Part shown: positions 32,220 through 42,140 of the stretch, in pieces
Layout: every line of letters starts with the position of its first letter
How positions within the stretch are numbered: the stretch's first letter is position 1
NCBI GenBank assembly: GCA_902798285.1
Contig: CADBVZ010000003.1
Coordinates: 41,818-105,817, forward strand
Reading direction: 5' to 3'
Length of the DNA stretch: 64,000 nucleotides
Source of the DNA: an uncultured Prevotella sp.
GTDB lineage: Bacteria > Bacteroidota > Bacteroidia > Bacteroidales > Bacteroidaceae
Program-made: the position numbers and the translations under genes
The notes under the pieces: model-generated
Database searches by the model: none
Told to the model about the DNA's origin: nothing
The model's input: the letters and a program-made list of their open reading frames with translations, nothing else

Positions 32220-33484
32220 TGAAAAGATGGATCGTTATAGTCTGTATTGCCCTTCTGGCGATACAGGCTAAAGCCCAGAACCGCATCTATGATGCACAGG
32301 TAAAAACCCTCCAGGCTATGGTGGGTCAGGATTGGCTGTCTTATCCTGCCGTCCTTCGTCTGGATACCGACGATGTGCTCCACGTCAGCTTCGACCAACT
32401 CTCCCACACCTATCATCGCTACGTGTGTCATGTGTCGCGCCATGAGGCCGACTGGCAGCCTGCCTCCGAAGTGTTCGAGAGCGACTGGCTCGAGGGCTTC
32501 AACGACTTCGTCATCGACGACTCTGAGACCTCGCTCAACACCATCGTGCCTTACACCCATTACCAGTTCCAGTTGCCCAATCCCCTGTGTCGCCTGAAGC
32601 TCAGCGGCAACTATCGCCTCAGTATTCTCGATGCCGACGATGACGACCGCCTCGTGGCTACTGTCGACTTCATGGTGTGCGAGCAGCAGATGACGCTCTC
32701 GCTCCAAGCCACCACCAATACCGATATCGACCTCAATCAGAGTCATCAGCAACTCAGCGTGGCCCTCAATTATGGGTCGCTGCGCGTTACCAACCCCGAC
32801 GAACAGATTCGCCTCGTGATGCTGCGGAATGGTCGTAGCGACACACGCCGCACCGGTATCGCCCCCACCTATCGCCAGGCTGACGGCCTGCAGTGGAGCC
32901 ACTGCCGCGAGCTCATCTTCGATGCCGGCAATGAATATCGCAAGTACGAGATTCTCGACCCATCTCACCCCACGATGGGCATCGACCACATCGCTTGGGA
33001 TGGTGAGTACTATCAGGTATGGCCCTTCCTCAGTCAGCCTCGCCCCAACTATCTTTACGACGAGGATGCCGATGGCGCTTTTTACGTGCGCAACAGCGAT
33101 AACCGCGAGAACGACATTGCGTCCGAATATGTCTTTGTGAACTATCGCCTGCAGGCGCCCCCCGTGCCCGATGGCTGCATCCTGATTGATGGCCAGTTTG
33201 CCACTACCGATCCCTCCGATTACGTCATGCACTACGATCCTACCGACGGCCTCTATCACGCACAGATCCTCCAGAAGCAGGGCTACTATTCTTATCAGTA
33301 TCTCTGGCTCCGTCCCTCAGGTCAGCGTCAGTATCTGCCCAGTGAGGGCAACTACTATCAGACCGAGAACCGTTATCAGGCCCTCGTATATTATAAAGGT
33401 ACAGGCGAGCGTACTTGGCGGCTTACAGCGTTTCGCGGAATTGAGCTGGTGTCATCCGATATGAACGGAAGAACGCAGCGATAA
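32219..33484 (+). CDS. DUF5103-family exported protein
   Basis: Signal peptide; S.NT.VPYTHY.F, FDAGNEYR and KQGYYSYQY...EGNYYQTEN.Y motifs. Confidence 0.75.
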   Translation: MKRWIVIVCIALLAIQAKAQNRIYDAQVKTLQAMVGQDWLSYPAVLRLDTDDVLHVSFDQLSHTYHRYVCHVSRHEADWQPASEVFESDWLEGFNDFVIDDSETSLNTIVPYTHYQFQLPNPLCRLKLSGNYRLSILDADDDDRLVATVDFMVCEQQMTLSLQATTNTDIDLNQSHQQLSVALNYGSLRVTNPDEQIRLVMLRNGRSDTRRTGIAPTYRQADGLQWSHCRELIFDAGNEYRKYEILDPSHPTMGIDHIAWDGEYYQVWPFLSQPRPNYLYDEDADGAFYVRNSDNRENDIASEYVFVNYRLQAPPVPDGCILIDGQFATTDPSDYVMHYDPTDGLYHAQILQKQGYYSYQYLWLRPSGQRQYLPSEGNYYQTENRYQALVYYKGTGERTWRLTAFRGIELVSSDMNGRTQR

Positions 33485-35933
33485 GAAAGTTTGTCGAAAC
33501 GAAGCCACACTCCTCAGAAATATAATCCAGCGGCAAAGCCTTGTTTCTCAGTAGCTTCTCTGCATGGTCAAGCTTCAGTTTGATAAACAGCGGCCGCGGG
33601 TTCTTATAAATGTTGTCTGATATCAGTCTGTAGAAGTTCTTCACGTCAATGCCAGCCTGCGAACTCAGGTCGCGTATCGTCAGGCGCTTCTTCTTGCCAG
33701 TATTCTTGTTATAGTCGTTCACGAACGGCATGATGCGCTCCATCACCTGTACGAACATCGGATCGAGCTCCTCACCCTGCTCAGCGTCGGCGTTCAGTTC
33801 CTCTCTGTTAGGCTCCAGCGTCATTTCGCCCTTGTTGAGGGCGCGCTGGGCCACACTGCTGATGCGCTTGATGATCGTCATCTCACCCATGTTACGCCTA
33901 GCCCTCAGGTTGGCATTATGCACGTAGAAGTAACTGTTCACGATGAGCAGTGCCAGCAGTATCACTCCCACGATGGCAAACAGTCCCGATGTTCTCCACC
34001 ACGGCTCGTTCACTCTCACCACCCATTCGTAAGGCGTGGTGTCCCATTTGTCGGGCAGCATCGAGGCCTGCAGCTCAATGGTGTACGTGCCAGGTTTCAG
34101 CGACATCAGCGGCAGGTGCAGCAGTCCGCGACCATCCACCAGTCCGCCCGAGTTCGCTGGCGTATACACACGCCATCCGTCTTGCAATCCTTTGATTCTC
34201 ACGCGATAGCACGTCTGCTGAGGTCGGAAGAAGTTCAGTGCCGAGAACACCAGCGATGCCGAATTCTCGTTGTAGTTCAGGTCAATCTCGTAGGTTCTCG
34301 ATATGGCCCTCGGCAACATCACTCGGCCGTTATACTCCTGTCCTGACTGAATTTCGTTTCCGTTCACCATTACGCGAATCAGTTTCGGGAATATGTCGAA
34401 CGAGTTAGCGCGCTGGAATGTCGACATTCTCTCGGGATTGAATGTCACGATATGGTCAAGCGATTGCATAATGATCATGCCGTTATCCAGACATTTGGCC
34501 TTGCCGTTTACGAACATCTCGTTGGGCACGTTGTCCATGCGGTTAAAGCTCATCACGTAGCCTATCTGCTTGTCCTTCGTCACCTGCACACAGGTAATGC
34601 CGTAGCTCGTGGCCAACCACATGCAGTGGTTCTTGTCCTCCACCACCGAGTGGATCACGTTGTTCAGCAGGCCGTCCTTCTTAGTAAACACCTGCGGCAG
34701 CACGTCGGTCTCCTTGCGATACAGCTGTAGTCCTTGCGATGTACCCACCCAGGTCCATCCGCGCGAGTCCTTGAACACGCAGTTCACAAATCTGCCTTTA
34801 AACAGCGCCGACTCATACTTGTCGGCCATCAGCGCCTCCAGTTCGTAAGCCTTCTTCTGGTCCCATGTATAAGTGGTAAAGGGCGATCTGTAAGGCTGTG
34901 AGTACAGCAGTCCTCGTTTCTCGGTACCAGCCCATAGTCCGCCTTGACGGTCAAAGCACATCACGTTGATGTCCGTCTCTAGCAGCTTGCCGCTCTCCAG
35001 TCTCAGTGCCTTCTGGTGCACTATGTCCTTGTCCCTGTTGTTATACACCCAGTAGCCGTATTCCGATGGCATATACAGCAGCGAGTCGTTCTGGGCTATG
35101 TTGTTCAGGTGGTACGGCGTGCGCAGAATCTCTTTCCATTCCAGTTTCGGTATGTCAAACTGCAGCAGTATGGCCTCCTTCTTTCCGTTGCGAATCTGGT
35201 AGAGCATGTTCTCGTCCAACTTCAGCACACTCGAACTGCCGTATCTGCTCCTGTCGGCCTCGGGGTAAGCATAGCTCGAGTGCATTTTCTTGCCCGACGC
35301 CATGTCGTACATCTCCAGCAGTCCGTTCTCGAAGAACAGCATCACCGTCCTCTCGTTATACACCTCCACGTCCTGCAGATTCAAGTCTTTCCTTACCTTC
35401 AGCGTCTGCTTCGAATCCACATCGTAGAGTCCGTCGTCAGTCAGCAGCCACGTAATGTTTCTGCTGTCCACGAACAGGTCCGTCACCTTCTTCGTCATGC
35501 CGAATTTCACGAACTCATCCTGCACCGATGCTGCAAACTTCTCAGACACCAGATCCACGCACGTCACCGATTTCGTGTTCTTCAGCCAGATGTGGTGATA
35601 CTTGTCGAAGTACAGGTGATAGTTACCCCTGTATTTCTCCAGCGGGAATGTGTTTTCGTCCGTGGGGTCGATGTACTGGAATCGCTGTCCGTCGTAGAAG
35701 TTGATCTGTCCCATGGTGGCTATCACCATTCGGCCCGTCTTGGTACAGGCTATCACCTGCGCACTGTTGTCAGCCAGTCCGTCGGCTGCGTTGTAGTTAC
35801 GGAACACGCGGATGGGCACTTCCTTCTCGGCCTTCACAATGCTGCCAGCCATCAGCATCATCACCATCATCATGGCCACCTTCACCAAGGCCGCCTTCCC
35901 GTTCCGTATGATACCATAGCTGTGCTCCATCAT
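33423..35933 (-). CDS. Beta-propeller/Y_Y_Y sensor-TM-AraC regulator lacking kinase and receiver domains
   Basis: Reg_prop-like repeats (GLADNS, DRQGGLWAGT, GLLNNVIHSVVED); PGTYTIELQA; PWWRT + TM; C-terminal ISEECGF...FFRSYRMTPAQFR. Confidence 0.8.
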   Translation of the reverse strand: MMEHSYGIIRNGKAALVKVAMMMVMMLMAGSIVKAEKEVPIRVFRNYNAADGLADNSAQVIACTKTGRMVIATMGQINFYDGQRFQYIDPTDENTFPLEKYRGNYHLYFDKYHHIWLKNTKSVTCVDLVSEKFAASVQDEFVKFGMTKKVTDLFVDSRNITWLLTDDGLYDVDSKQTLKVRKDLNLQDVEVYNERTVMLFFENGLLEMYDMASGKKMHSSYAYPEADRSRYGSSSVLKLDENMLYQIRNGKKEAILLQFDIPKLEWKEILRTPYHLNNIAQNDSLLYMPSEYGYWVYNNRDKDIVHQKALRLESGKLLETDINVMCFDRQGGLWAGTEKRGLLYSQPYRSPFTTYTWDQKKAYELEALMADKYESALFKGRFVNCVFKDSRGWTWVGTSQGLQLYRKETDVLPQVFTKKDGLLNNVIHSVVEDKNHCMWLATSYGITCVQVTKDKQIGYVMSFNRMDNVPNEMFVNGKAKCLDNGMIIMQSLDHIVTFNPERMSTFQRANSFDIFPKLIRVMVNGNEIQSGQEYNGRVMLPRAISRTYEIDLNYNENSASLVFSALNFFRPQQTCYRVRIKGLQDGWRVYTPANSGGLVDGRGLLHLPLMSLKPGTYTIELQASMLPDKWDTTPYEWVVRVNEPWWRTSGLFAIVGVILLALLIVNSYFYVHNANLRARRNMGEMTIIKRISSVAQRALNKGEMTLEPNREELNADAEQGEELDPMFVQVMERIMPFVNDYNKNTGKKKRLTIRDLSSQAGIDVKNFYRLISDNIYKNPRPLFIKLKLDHAEKLLRNKALPLDYISEECGFVSTNFLIAAFFRSYRMTPAQFRETL

Positions 35934-36105
35934 TTTTTGGTTTTAAGTTTTTATATCTTGTAAATTTGTTATTGCACTGCAAAGATACTAATAAATAATC
36001 AATCTACCAAACTTTTTATTAAAAAAATCACAAAGTCTAAGTGCATTATAACAGCACCAAGGCAAGGATGTCGCAATTCGCGACGGTGTCATTATCCTCA
36101 GCATC

Positions 36106-36268
36106 CATTGTCATCATTGTCATTGTCATTATTGTCATTAAGGATTCTCTAAATCGGAGGGGCGTTTTTAATAAATAATAATATATAAATTATAATTTAT
36201 ATATTATTATGAGAATTTTCTCCCCGAAAATGCTTAATGACAATCGTGACAATCATGACAATGACAAC
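36106..36268. repeat. Inverted TTGTCA/TGACAA arrays around a perfect 36-bp A/T palindrome
   Basis: Palindrome at 36175-36210; attgtcattaag (36131-36142) pairs with cttaatgacaat (36233-36244). Confidence 0.85.
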
Positions 36269-36530
36269 GTAGGTACATGTGTAGTAAAATTAATTAACAT
36301 GAATCCAACTAATCTGGCTGTCAAGTTATGATGCTCCGAGAAAACCAAGATTTTAGTCGGAGAAAATGGCGGTTTCATCGGAGTAAATTCCAGCCTTACC
36401 CGGAGGAAACTCAGAGAGCGTGTAATATACCTAAAGAAAAACCTCAAGGATACTATAAGTACTTATGAATATTATTTACTTCTAACAAAAGGTAAGTGTG
36501 TTGTTTATGCTTGGCATAGATGTAAGTAAA

Positions 36531-36553
36531 GCCCTCGGAGAAAAACTGAGGGC
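36531..36553. terminator. Hairpin downstream of the TonB-receptor operon
   Basis: GCCCTCgG-agaaaaa-CTGAGGGC. Confidence 0.45.
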
Positions 36554-36600
36554 ATTATTATATAAAACACTATGAAGCTTTTACACTATTCTTAAAGACC

Positions 36601-37854
36601 TTACTCGGGGAAGGAATAGACCAGATACTGATAGTTGGGCTCGGTGGGATAGTTGGTGAGTCGACCTGAGCGCGTGATAAACGACAGGATGCCACTATAT
36701 ACGCCATTGCCGAACGTGAACTGATGGCCGTAGATATTAATATAATGTATACGGCGGGCATCATAGTTGAGAAGCCGTTCTACGTCCATAACCGGCATGC
36801 CATCGATCAGAACCAACGAGGGGGAGACATGATTGTACTGATCCTGTTCGGTGGTGACGATCAGTTGCTGCTGGCCTTGGATGGTTCTTCGCGAGACGCA
36901 TTGCACATATTCGAGCAGCACCTCCCTGATGGTGAGGAACTGACGGTACTCGTCGAGATTATAGGAGAGATAAGGCTGGACGCCATGAATGTTTTCATCG
37001 TAGGGCAAGGGACATCCTTCTTCGGCCGTATCGTCGGAAAGATCGCCCAACTTCAGTTCGCGTTTGGCAGGAGTAATGGCGATCTGATGACGCTGCATGT
37101 CGAGGGAACGGGATTCCACCTCGCTACGCTTGTAATGGAACTCGAGATGGGGAAGCTGCTTGGGGAGCAAGGCGGCAAAGGGGCTTATCATCTCGATGGG
37201 CAGACTCTCGCCGGTAGATGAAACGGCACTGAGCACCAGAGGCAGTTTGCCCTGGATGCCATAGGTGTAAAAGACGGCGATGGAGTCGCCGACCATCTTG
37301 CCCTCAAAGAAATGTATCTGCTGACCGATGATGCTTAAGGAAGGGAGTATCTGGCTGACATCGTAGGTGTTGCCGCCATAGACATTGCTGACACGTGCCT
37401 TAATGATATGTCCTTCGATCTCGCGCTCTTCAACTTGCTTCTGGCTGACCAAATCGGCAGTGCCATTACCCGTAGCCCAACAACTATCGGCCGGCAGCCA
37501 CTTAATATCGTCGTCGGCACTCTTGTGAAGGGGGTTTACAATGGCCACAAGCTGGCTGGAAACATGAGCGTCGTCGCGCGTATAGACTGACAACACATAG
37601 TACCCGCTATGGAGGCTGGAAGGCAGTTCGATAACACCACTACCCTGCCCCTGGCTGAGACCTACCGCCACACCTGCCGCCAGTCCACGTGTGTCGCACA
37701 GTTCGGCATAGACTATCTGGGCATCAACATCGGATAAGCTGACCTGCATCGCCTCGCCGGCAAGATACCAGGGGCGATCGGTCTCTACATGCGCAGCAAA
37801 GCTGCTCAGGGTGAGCAGCACAGCCGCTATCAGTGATAAAATTCTGTTGTTCAT
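36601..37854 (-). CDS. Exported protein typical of TBDR/DUF4249 operons (MG2-like N-terminus, plug-like C-terminus)
   Basis: Signal peptide; HVETDRPWYLAGE; LVLIDGMPV...GILSFIT. Confidence 0.7.
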   Translation of the reverse strand: MNNRILSLIAAVLLTLSSFAAHVETDRPWYLAGEAMQVSLSDVDAQIVYAELCDTRGLAAGVAVGLSQGQGSGVIELPSSLHSGYYVLSVYTRDDAHVSSQLVAIVNPLHKSADDDIKWLPADSCWATGNGTADLVSQKQVEEREIEGHIIKARVSNVYGGNTYDVSQILPSLSIIGQQIHFFEGKMVGDSIAVFYTYGIQGKLPLVLSAVSSTGESLPIEMISPFAALLPKQLPHLEFHYKRSEVESRSLDMQRHQIAITPAKRELKLGDLSDDTAEEGCPLPYDENIHGVQPYLSYNLDEYRQFLTIREVLLEYVQCVSRRTIQGQQQLIVTTEQDQYNHVSPSLVLIDGMPVMDVERLLNYDARRIHYINIYGHQFTFGNGVYSGILSFITRSGRLTNYPTEPNYQYLVYSFPE

Positions 37855-37855
37855 A

Positions 37856-39028
37856 TTAATAAGAATAGTCTTCATTTAATGACCAGTAATCGGGTTCTTC
37901 GGTATAGGCGCCTCGCTCGCGGACATCGAGTTGATACTTGGTGGCCCAAGCCGTATTCAACGGTCCTCCGCCATTCATTCGGTTGTCATCCCATTCGCAG
38001 AGCCACAAGCCCTGACGGGCCATTCGCACGCAGTCATCAATGGTACAGTCATTGAGCCAGATGCGCTTGTCGCCCTGATAGGGATGGTTGAGGGAGAAAT
38101 CGCGAGGATCGAGGAAGAACCTGTATTTAGCCGTATTCAGTGCGCACCCTACGAAACCTATCACGGACTTGCTGGAAGTGAGGCAACGGATATTGGTGGG
38201 CAGGGCTGAAGGTAGCGGCGTGAACAATCCGCCCATCTCGGAACTGGCTTGGCGACGGGCACATTCATACTCATACTCTTCCTTTGAAATGGCTCGCTGC
38301 TGCACCAGTCCGCTATATTTGAAGAAGAGGCGTTCATTGCTGTTCTCAAAGTCGTAAAGCTTGAGCTTCTGGATGTGCTGGCCATCATAATGGGTGCTGG
38401 CTTCAACCAGGATATTCGTGCCCAAGGCATTCCTCCATCCGCGTTCGGGGAACAAGTGGAGCGAATCTACCTTCTGCATGGTGTTCACGTCGAAATACAC
38501 GTAGGTGGTGTAATCAGGATGCACTTCCCAAGTCTCAATGTACGACCAAGTATAGTAATTCGTCTTACTGGCATCAAAGGGGGCTTCGGGGGTGACGAGC
38601 ACATCGATATTGCTATCAGGCGTGGGCTGCGACCCTTCAACGCGAGCTATCTTCTCCGTTCGAAGAGGTAGCTGGGGTTCTGATTCATACACCTCGCCAT
38701 CGGCCTCGATATGCAGATAATACTCGACGTCGGGATCGAGCTGGTCAATCCAGCAGGCGTAATAGTCGTCGGTGGGCTGCGCCTTGTATTCGGAGCCGTC
38801 GCTGCCGTGTACAGAAACACTGGCTCCCGTTACCATACGAGGTCCATAGGTGGCCTTGATATCCTGTGTGCGCGACAGATAGAACTTATTCAATTCGGCA
38901 GAACATATCGTACCTTCGACAACGAGCAGGTTCGAATCCTCGGCAGCGATGTCGGCATCATATTCATCAATACAGCCTGACAGCGTCAAGAGTAAAAACG
39001 AAAGAAGGTAAAATGGATTATATTTCAT
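37856..39028 (-). CDS. DUF4249-family lipoprotein
   Basis: Lipobox LSGC; LLVVEG.I; GLFTP.PS.LPTNI.C and VIGFVG motifs. Confidence 0.85.
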   Translation of the reverse strand: MKYNPFYLLSFLLLTLSGCIDEYDADIAAEDSNLLVVEGTICSAELNKFYLSRTQDIKATYGPRMVTGASVSVHGSDGSEYKAQPTDDYYACWIDQLDPDVEYYLHIEADGEVYESEPQLPLRTEKIARVEGSQPTPDSNIDVLVTPEAPFDASKTNYYTWSYIETWEVHPDYTTYVYFDVNTMQKVDSLHLFPERGWRNALGTNILVEASTHYDGQHIQKLKLYDFENSNERLFFKYSGLVQQRAISKEEYEYECARRQASSEMGGLFTPLPSALPTNIRCLTSSKSVIGFVGCALNTAKYRFFLDPRDFSLNHPYQGDKRIWLNDCTIDDCVRMARQGLWLCEWDDNRMNGGGPLNTAWATKYQLDVRERGAYTEEPDYWSLNEDYSY

Positions 39029-39029
39029 C

Positions 39030-42000
39030 TTAGTTGAATTGAATATTAAGTGAGACGTATGGGATGGCAGTTCCAAAAACAGACAGCCTATATCCCTTGA
39101 TCATATCGCCTTCGTTGGTGTAATAGATATTATAGGCATTCCTACGTGCGAGGGCGTTGTAAACACCAATGGAGAACGACGTATGGAGGAAACTGGTGAG
39201 CTTGTGAGTGGGCTCGATATTGAATGCAAGGTCCAGACGCATATAGTCGGGAATACGGTAGGTGTTGCGATCGGAATAATAGGGCATGAACTTCTGGTAG
39301 TACGAATTGTAATACTTGCCTGTGGGCAGTGTCGTAGGACGGCCGGTGGCGTAATTGAAGTTGCTTGAGAAGCTGTAGCGCTCGGTAAACTTGAAGTTGA
39401 GCACAGCCTTCACCTCATGGGGACGGTCGTACTCAGAAGGATACCAGTCGCCATCGTTCAGAGGATTCTTCACCCTCATATCGTCCTGGCGGAGCAAAGA
39501 GCGGGCGAAAGTATAGCTCACCCATCCATTCACCTTGCCCGTAGGTTTCTTAATCTGCAGCTCTACGCCATAGGCCTTGCCCTTGGTTGAGATCACATCG
39601 GTCTCAAGGTGGGGGTTCATCAGCAGAACGGCCGAATTGCGATAATTGAGATAGTCGTCGATGTGCTTGTAGTACACTTCGGCAGAGAATTCGTATTTTT
39701 TATCCCTCGTTTCGTGATAGATACCGGCTGCAATCTGCCATCCTTTCTGCGGCTTGATATTAGGATCGGAAAGCTTCCAGGTGTCAGTAGGCGACACGAT
39801 GGATGTGTTCGACACCTTATGGATATACTGGTGCATGGTGTTGAAGCCTACCTTCAGAGAAAGGTTTTCCTGGATGGCATAGAGGGCCGAGAGGCGGAAC
39901 TCAGGTGCCTGATAAGTCTTGATGACGCCCGTTTCATGGCGAGTCTCCAACAGTGTCTCCTCTGATGGAAGTTGGTCGGCTTCATAATAATTCACGTCGC
40001 GAGGACCAAGGGCATTGAACATGGAATAGCGCAAACCGGCAGAAACCGACAGCTTTTCAGTGAGCGGGAGTTCATAACTGATATAGGCTGCGCTCTCTAA
40101 TGCCTTTTCACGCTGCAGCTGGTCGGTCTTGATGTAGGATGCATCGCCAACCGGCTCATATTTTCCTGCCTGTACATTATAATGCTGCATGGAGAGACCG
40201 TAGGTAAGGACCTGTTTTTCTGTGAGGCGATGACGGAAGTGAAGTTTGCCCCAAAGCTGGTCGATACCGAAACTCAGTCGTGAAGCCATCGAGGGCGTTC
40301 CCCAGTCCTCGTTGAAATACTCGTAGTGGTCGAGTCCGGCAGAAAGTGTGGCTGTGATCTTCTCACTCAGCATCGATCGCCACTCTGCTGAAAAGTTACT
40401 GTTCTGATAGCCGTAACTGTCTGAGGAACTGAACGAGAACTTGTCGTGACTCCAGTAGCCATTGATCTTCACACGATTCAGGCTGTTGGGTTTCCATGTC
40501 AGCACGCCACCCAGGTCATAGAAATTAGCCGTACCATCCTTGTAGCCGCTCTTCTCAGGCAACTTCTTCAGTATCCAGTCGCTGTAGGTAGTGCGACCAT
40601 TCAACAGCAGCGACATCTTATCCTTAACGATAGGTATTTCGATAGTGGCCTTGCTGGTGAGCACACCAATGCTTGCAGAACCTGTAAGCTTTTTCATATT
40701 GGCCTCCTTCGATACCACCTTCAGCACACTGCTGATTCTACCTCCATATTCTACAGGAACGCTTGACTTGAAGAGTTCCACATCCTCAACCGCTTCAGAA
40801 TTGAATGAGGTGAACAGTCCGAACAGGTGAGACGGATTAAAGACGGTACCTCCATTGAAAAGTATCAGGTTCTGGTCGGTGGCACCACCTCGTACATTGT
40901 ATCCGCTTGAAGCCTCACCAACGGTTGTGACACCTGGCAGCGAGAGCACAATCTTCATGATATCCGACTCGCCAAAGGCTGAGGGAATATTCTTCAGCAG
41001 CTGGGGCTTGAACTTCTCAGAACCCATCATCACATTATCGACCGACGACGGACGACCACCAACAACCACAATCTCGGCGAGTTCCTGATCATCGGCGATA
41101 CTGGCTCTTGCCTTCTTTACACCAGGCACTACATAGACCTTTGAATTCGATGAACCTGCGGCTATCGAAACAGTATCGCTATCGAGAACGGGAATACCTG
41201 GAATAAGATCAGTGGTTAGGGGTAAGGGGTGAGAGGTATCTGAGGGGCGAGAGGTGAGAGGTGAGAGGTGAGAGATTACTTCTTTCCCCTCTGAAGCGGT
41301 TTTATCAGAGGTAAGAGTATTCTCTAGCTTCTCACCTCTAGCTTCTAGCTTCTGATTATTCTCGCCTTCGAGGCGAGAAACCACATTCACGAGGCTGCTC
41401 TCGCGCTTGGTCTTGGAGAAGGAAAGATGGTTTTTCCGAGCCATCTGCCTGATTTGCTTTTTCTGCTCTGGAAAGAGTTTTGCCACATCGGACAAACGCT
41501 TCACATGATGCATTTCGCCATCGGGGGTGATGAGGGTGTAATACTCCTGGGTGCTGAGTGTCTTTTGCAGTTTACCTGTACCAAAATACATATCACCATG
41601 ATCAATCTTCCACATACTATGATAAAGGCGGATGCCATTAGTGCTACCATCGCATAGGAGGGCTGCATAACGAGCGTTATTCTCCGGATCGTGCACATAT
41701 TTGTGGCCATCCATCTCAAACCAGTCGATGAATGGTTGTTCTGGCAGACAGATGAAATTGCTGCCGGGGGTAAGAACAGCGATCCTCTGCATGAATTGAT
41801 CAAAGCGCAGCTGTACATTATCATACACCACGCCATGATAACTAACACGGCCTGAATAAAAATCGGGCTTTTCATTATAATATGGGATATCGTGCCACAA
41901 CTTGAGTTGGTACTGTGGTTCGAGTGCACCAACATACAGGCGTACATAGTCGGAAGCAGAGGACATGTGCTCCTGAGCTCCTACATGCAATGTGACCGAC

Positions 42001-42050
42001 ATCATAAAGATCAAGCATAAATACCTGACCGTCCGTTTAGGATGTGACAT
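39030..42050 (-). CDS. TonB-dependent receptor with an extra N-terminal domain and a repeat-derived linker
   Basis: Plug motifs LPGVTTVGE..GYNVRGG..DQNL and YGGRISSVL; beta-barrel ending in YVSLNIQFN. Confidence 0.9.
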   Translation of the reverse strand: MSHPKRTVRYLCLIFMMSVTLHVGAQEHMSSASDYVRLYVGALEPQYQLKLWHDIPYYNEKPDFYSGRVSYHGVVYDNVQLRFDQFMQRIAVLTPGSNFICLPEQPFIDWFEMDGHKYVHDPENNARYAALLCDGSTNGIRLYHSMWKIDHGDMYFGTGKLQKTLSTQEYYTLITPDGEMHHVKRLSDVAKLFPEQKKQIRQMARKNHLSFSKTKRESSLVNVVSRLEGENNQKLEARGEKLENTLTSDKTASEGKEVISHLSPLTSRPSDTSHPLPLTTDLIPGIPVLDSDTVSIAAGSSNSKVYVVPGVKKARASIADDQELAEIVVVGGRPSSVDNVMMGSEKFKPQLLKNIPSAFGESDIMKIVLSLPGVTTVGEASSGYNVRGGATDQNLILFNGGTVFNPSHLFGLFTSFNSEAVEDVELFKSSVPVEYGGRISSVLKVVSKEANMKKLTGSASIGVLTSKATIEIPIVKDKMSLLLNGRTTYSDWILKKLPEKSGYKDGTANFYDLGGVLTWKPNSLNRVKINGYWSHDKFSFSSSDSYGYQNSNFSAEWRSMLSEKITATLSAGLDHYEYFNEDWGTPSMASRLSFGIDQLWGKLHFRHRLTEKQVLTYGLSMQHYNVQAGKYEPVGDASYIKTDQLQREKALESAAYISYELPLTEKLSVSAGLRYSMFNALGPRDVNYYEADQLPSEETLLETRHETGVIKTYQAPEFRLSALYAIQENLSLKVGFNTMHQYIHKVSNTSIVSPTDTWKLSDPNIKPQKGWQIAAGIYHETRDKKYEFSAEVYYKHIDDYLNYRNSAVLLMNPHLETDVISTKGKAYGVELQIKKPTGKVNGWVSYTFARSLLRQDDMRVKNPLNDGDWYPSEYDRPHEVKAVLNFKFTERYSFSSNFNYATGRPTTLPTGKYYNSYYQKFMPYYSDRNTYRIPDYMRLDLAFNIEPTHKLTSFLHTSFSIGVYNALARRNAYNIYYTNEGDMIKGYRLSVFGTAIPYVSLNIQFN
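41212..41354 (-). mobile_element. In-frame heptamer-repeat element inside the TBDR gene
   Basis: (gagaggt)n-gagagattacttct...ttatcaga...ttctctagcttct; homologous to 47197-47339. Confidence 0.75.
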
Positions 42051-42140
42051 GTCTCTTTAGTTTTATTTAAAGCGCTGCAAAGGTAAGACTTTATAAGGAA
42101 ACCGCCAAATTTTTCCACCAAAAAATGGCTAGGCGCAGAA

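Noticed and set aside
36000-36600. Chromosomal oriC
   Set aside because: I saw only a single-mismatch DnaA-box-like word (TTATCCTCA) and no typical origin-linked genes; the region is kept only as an unexplained palindrome/skew finding.
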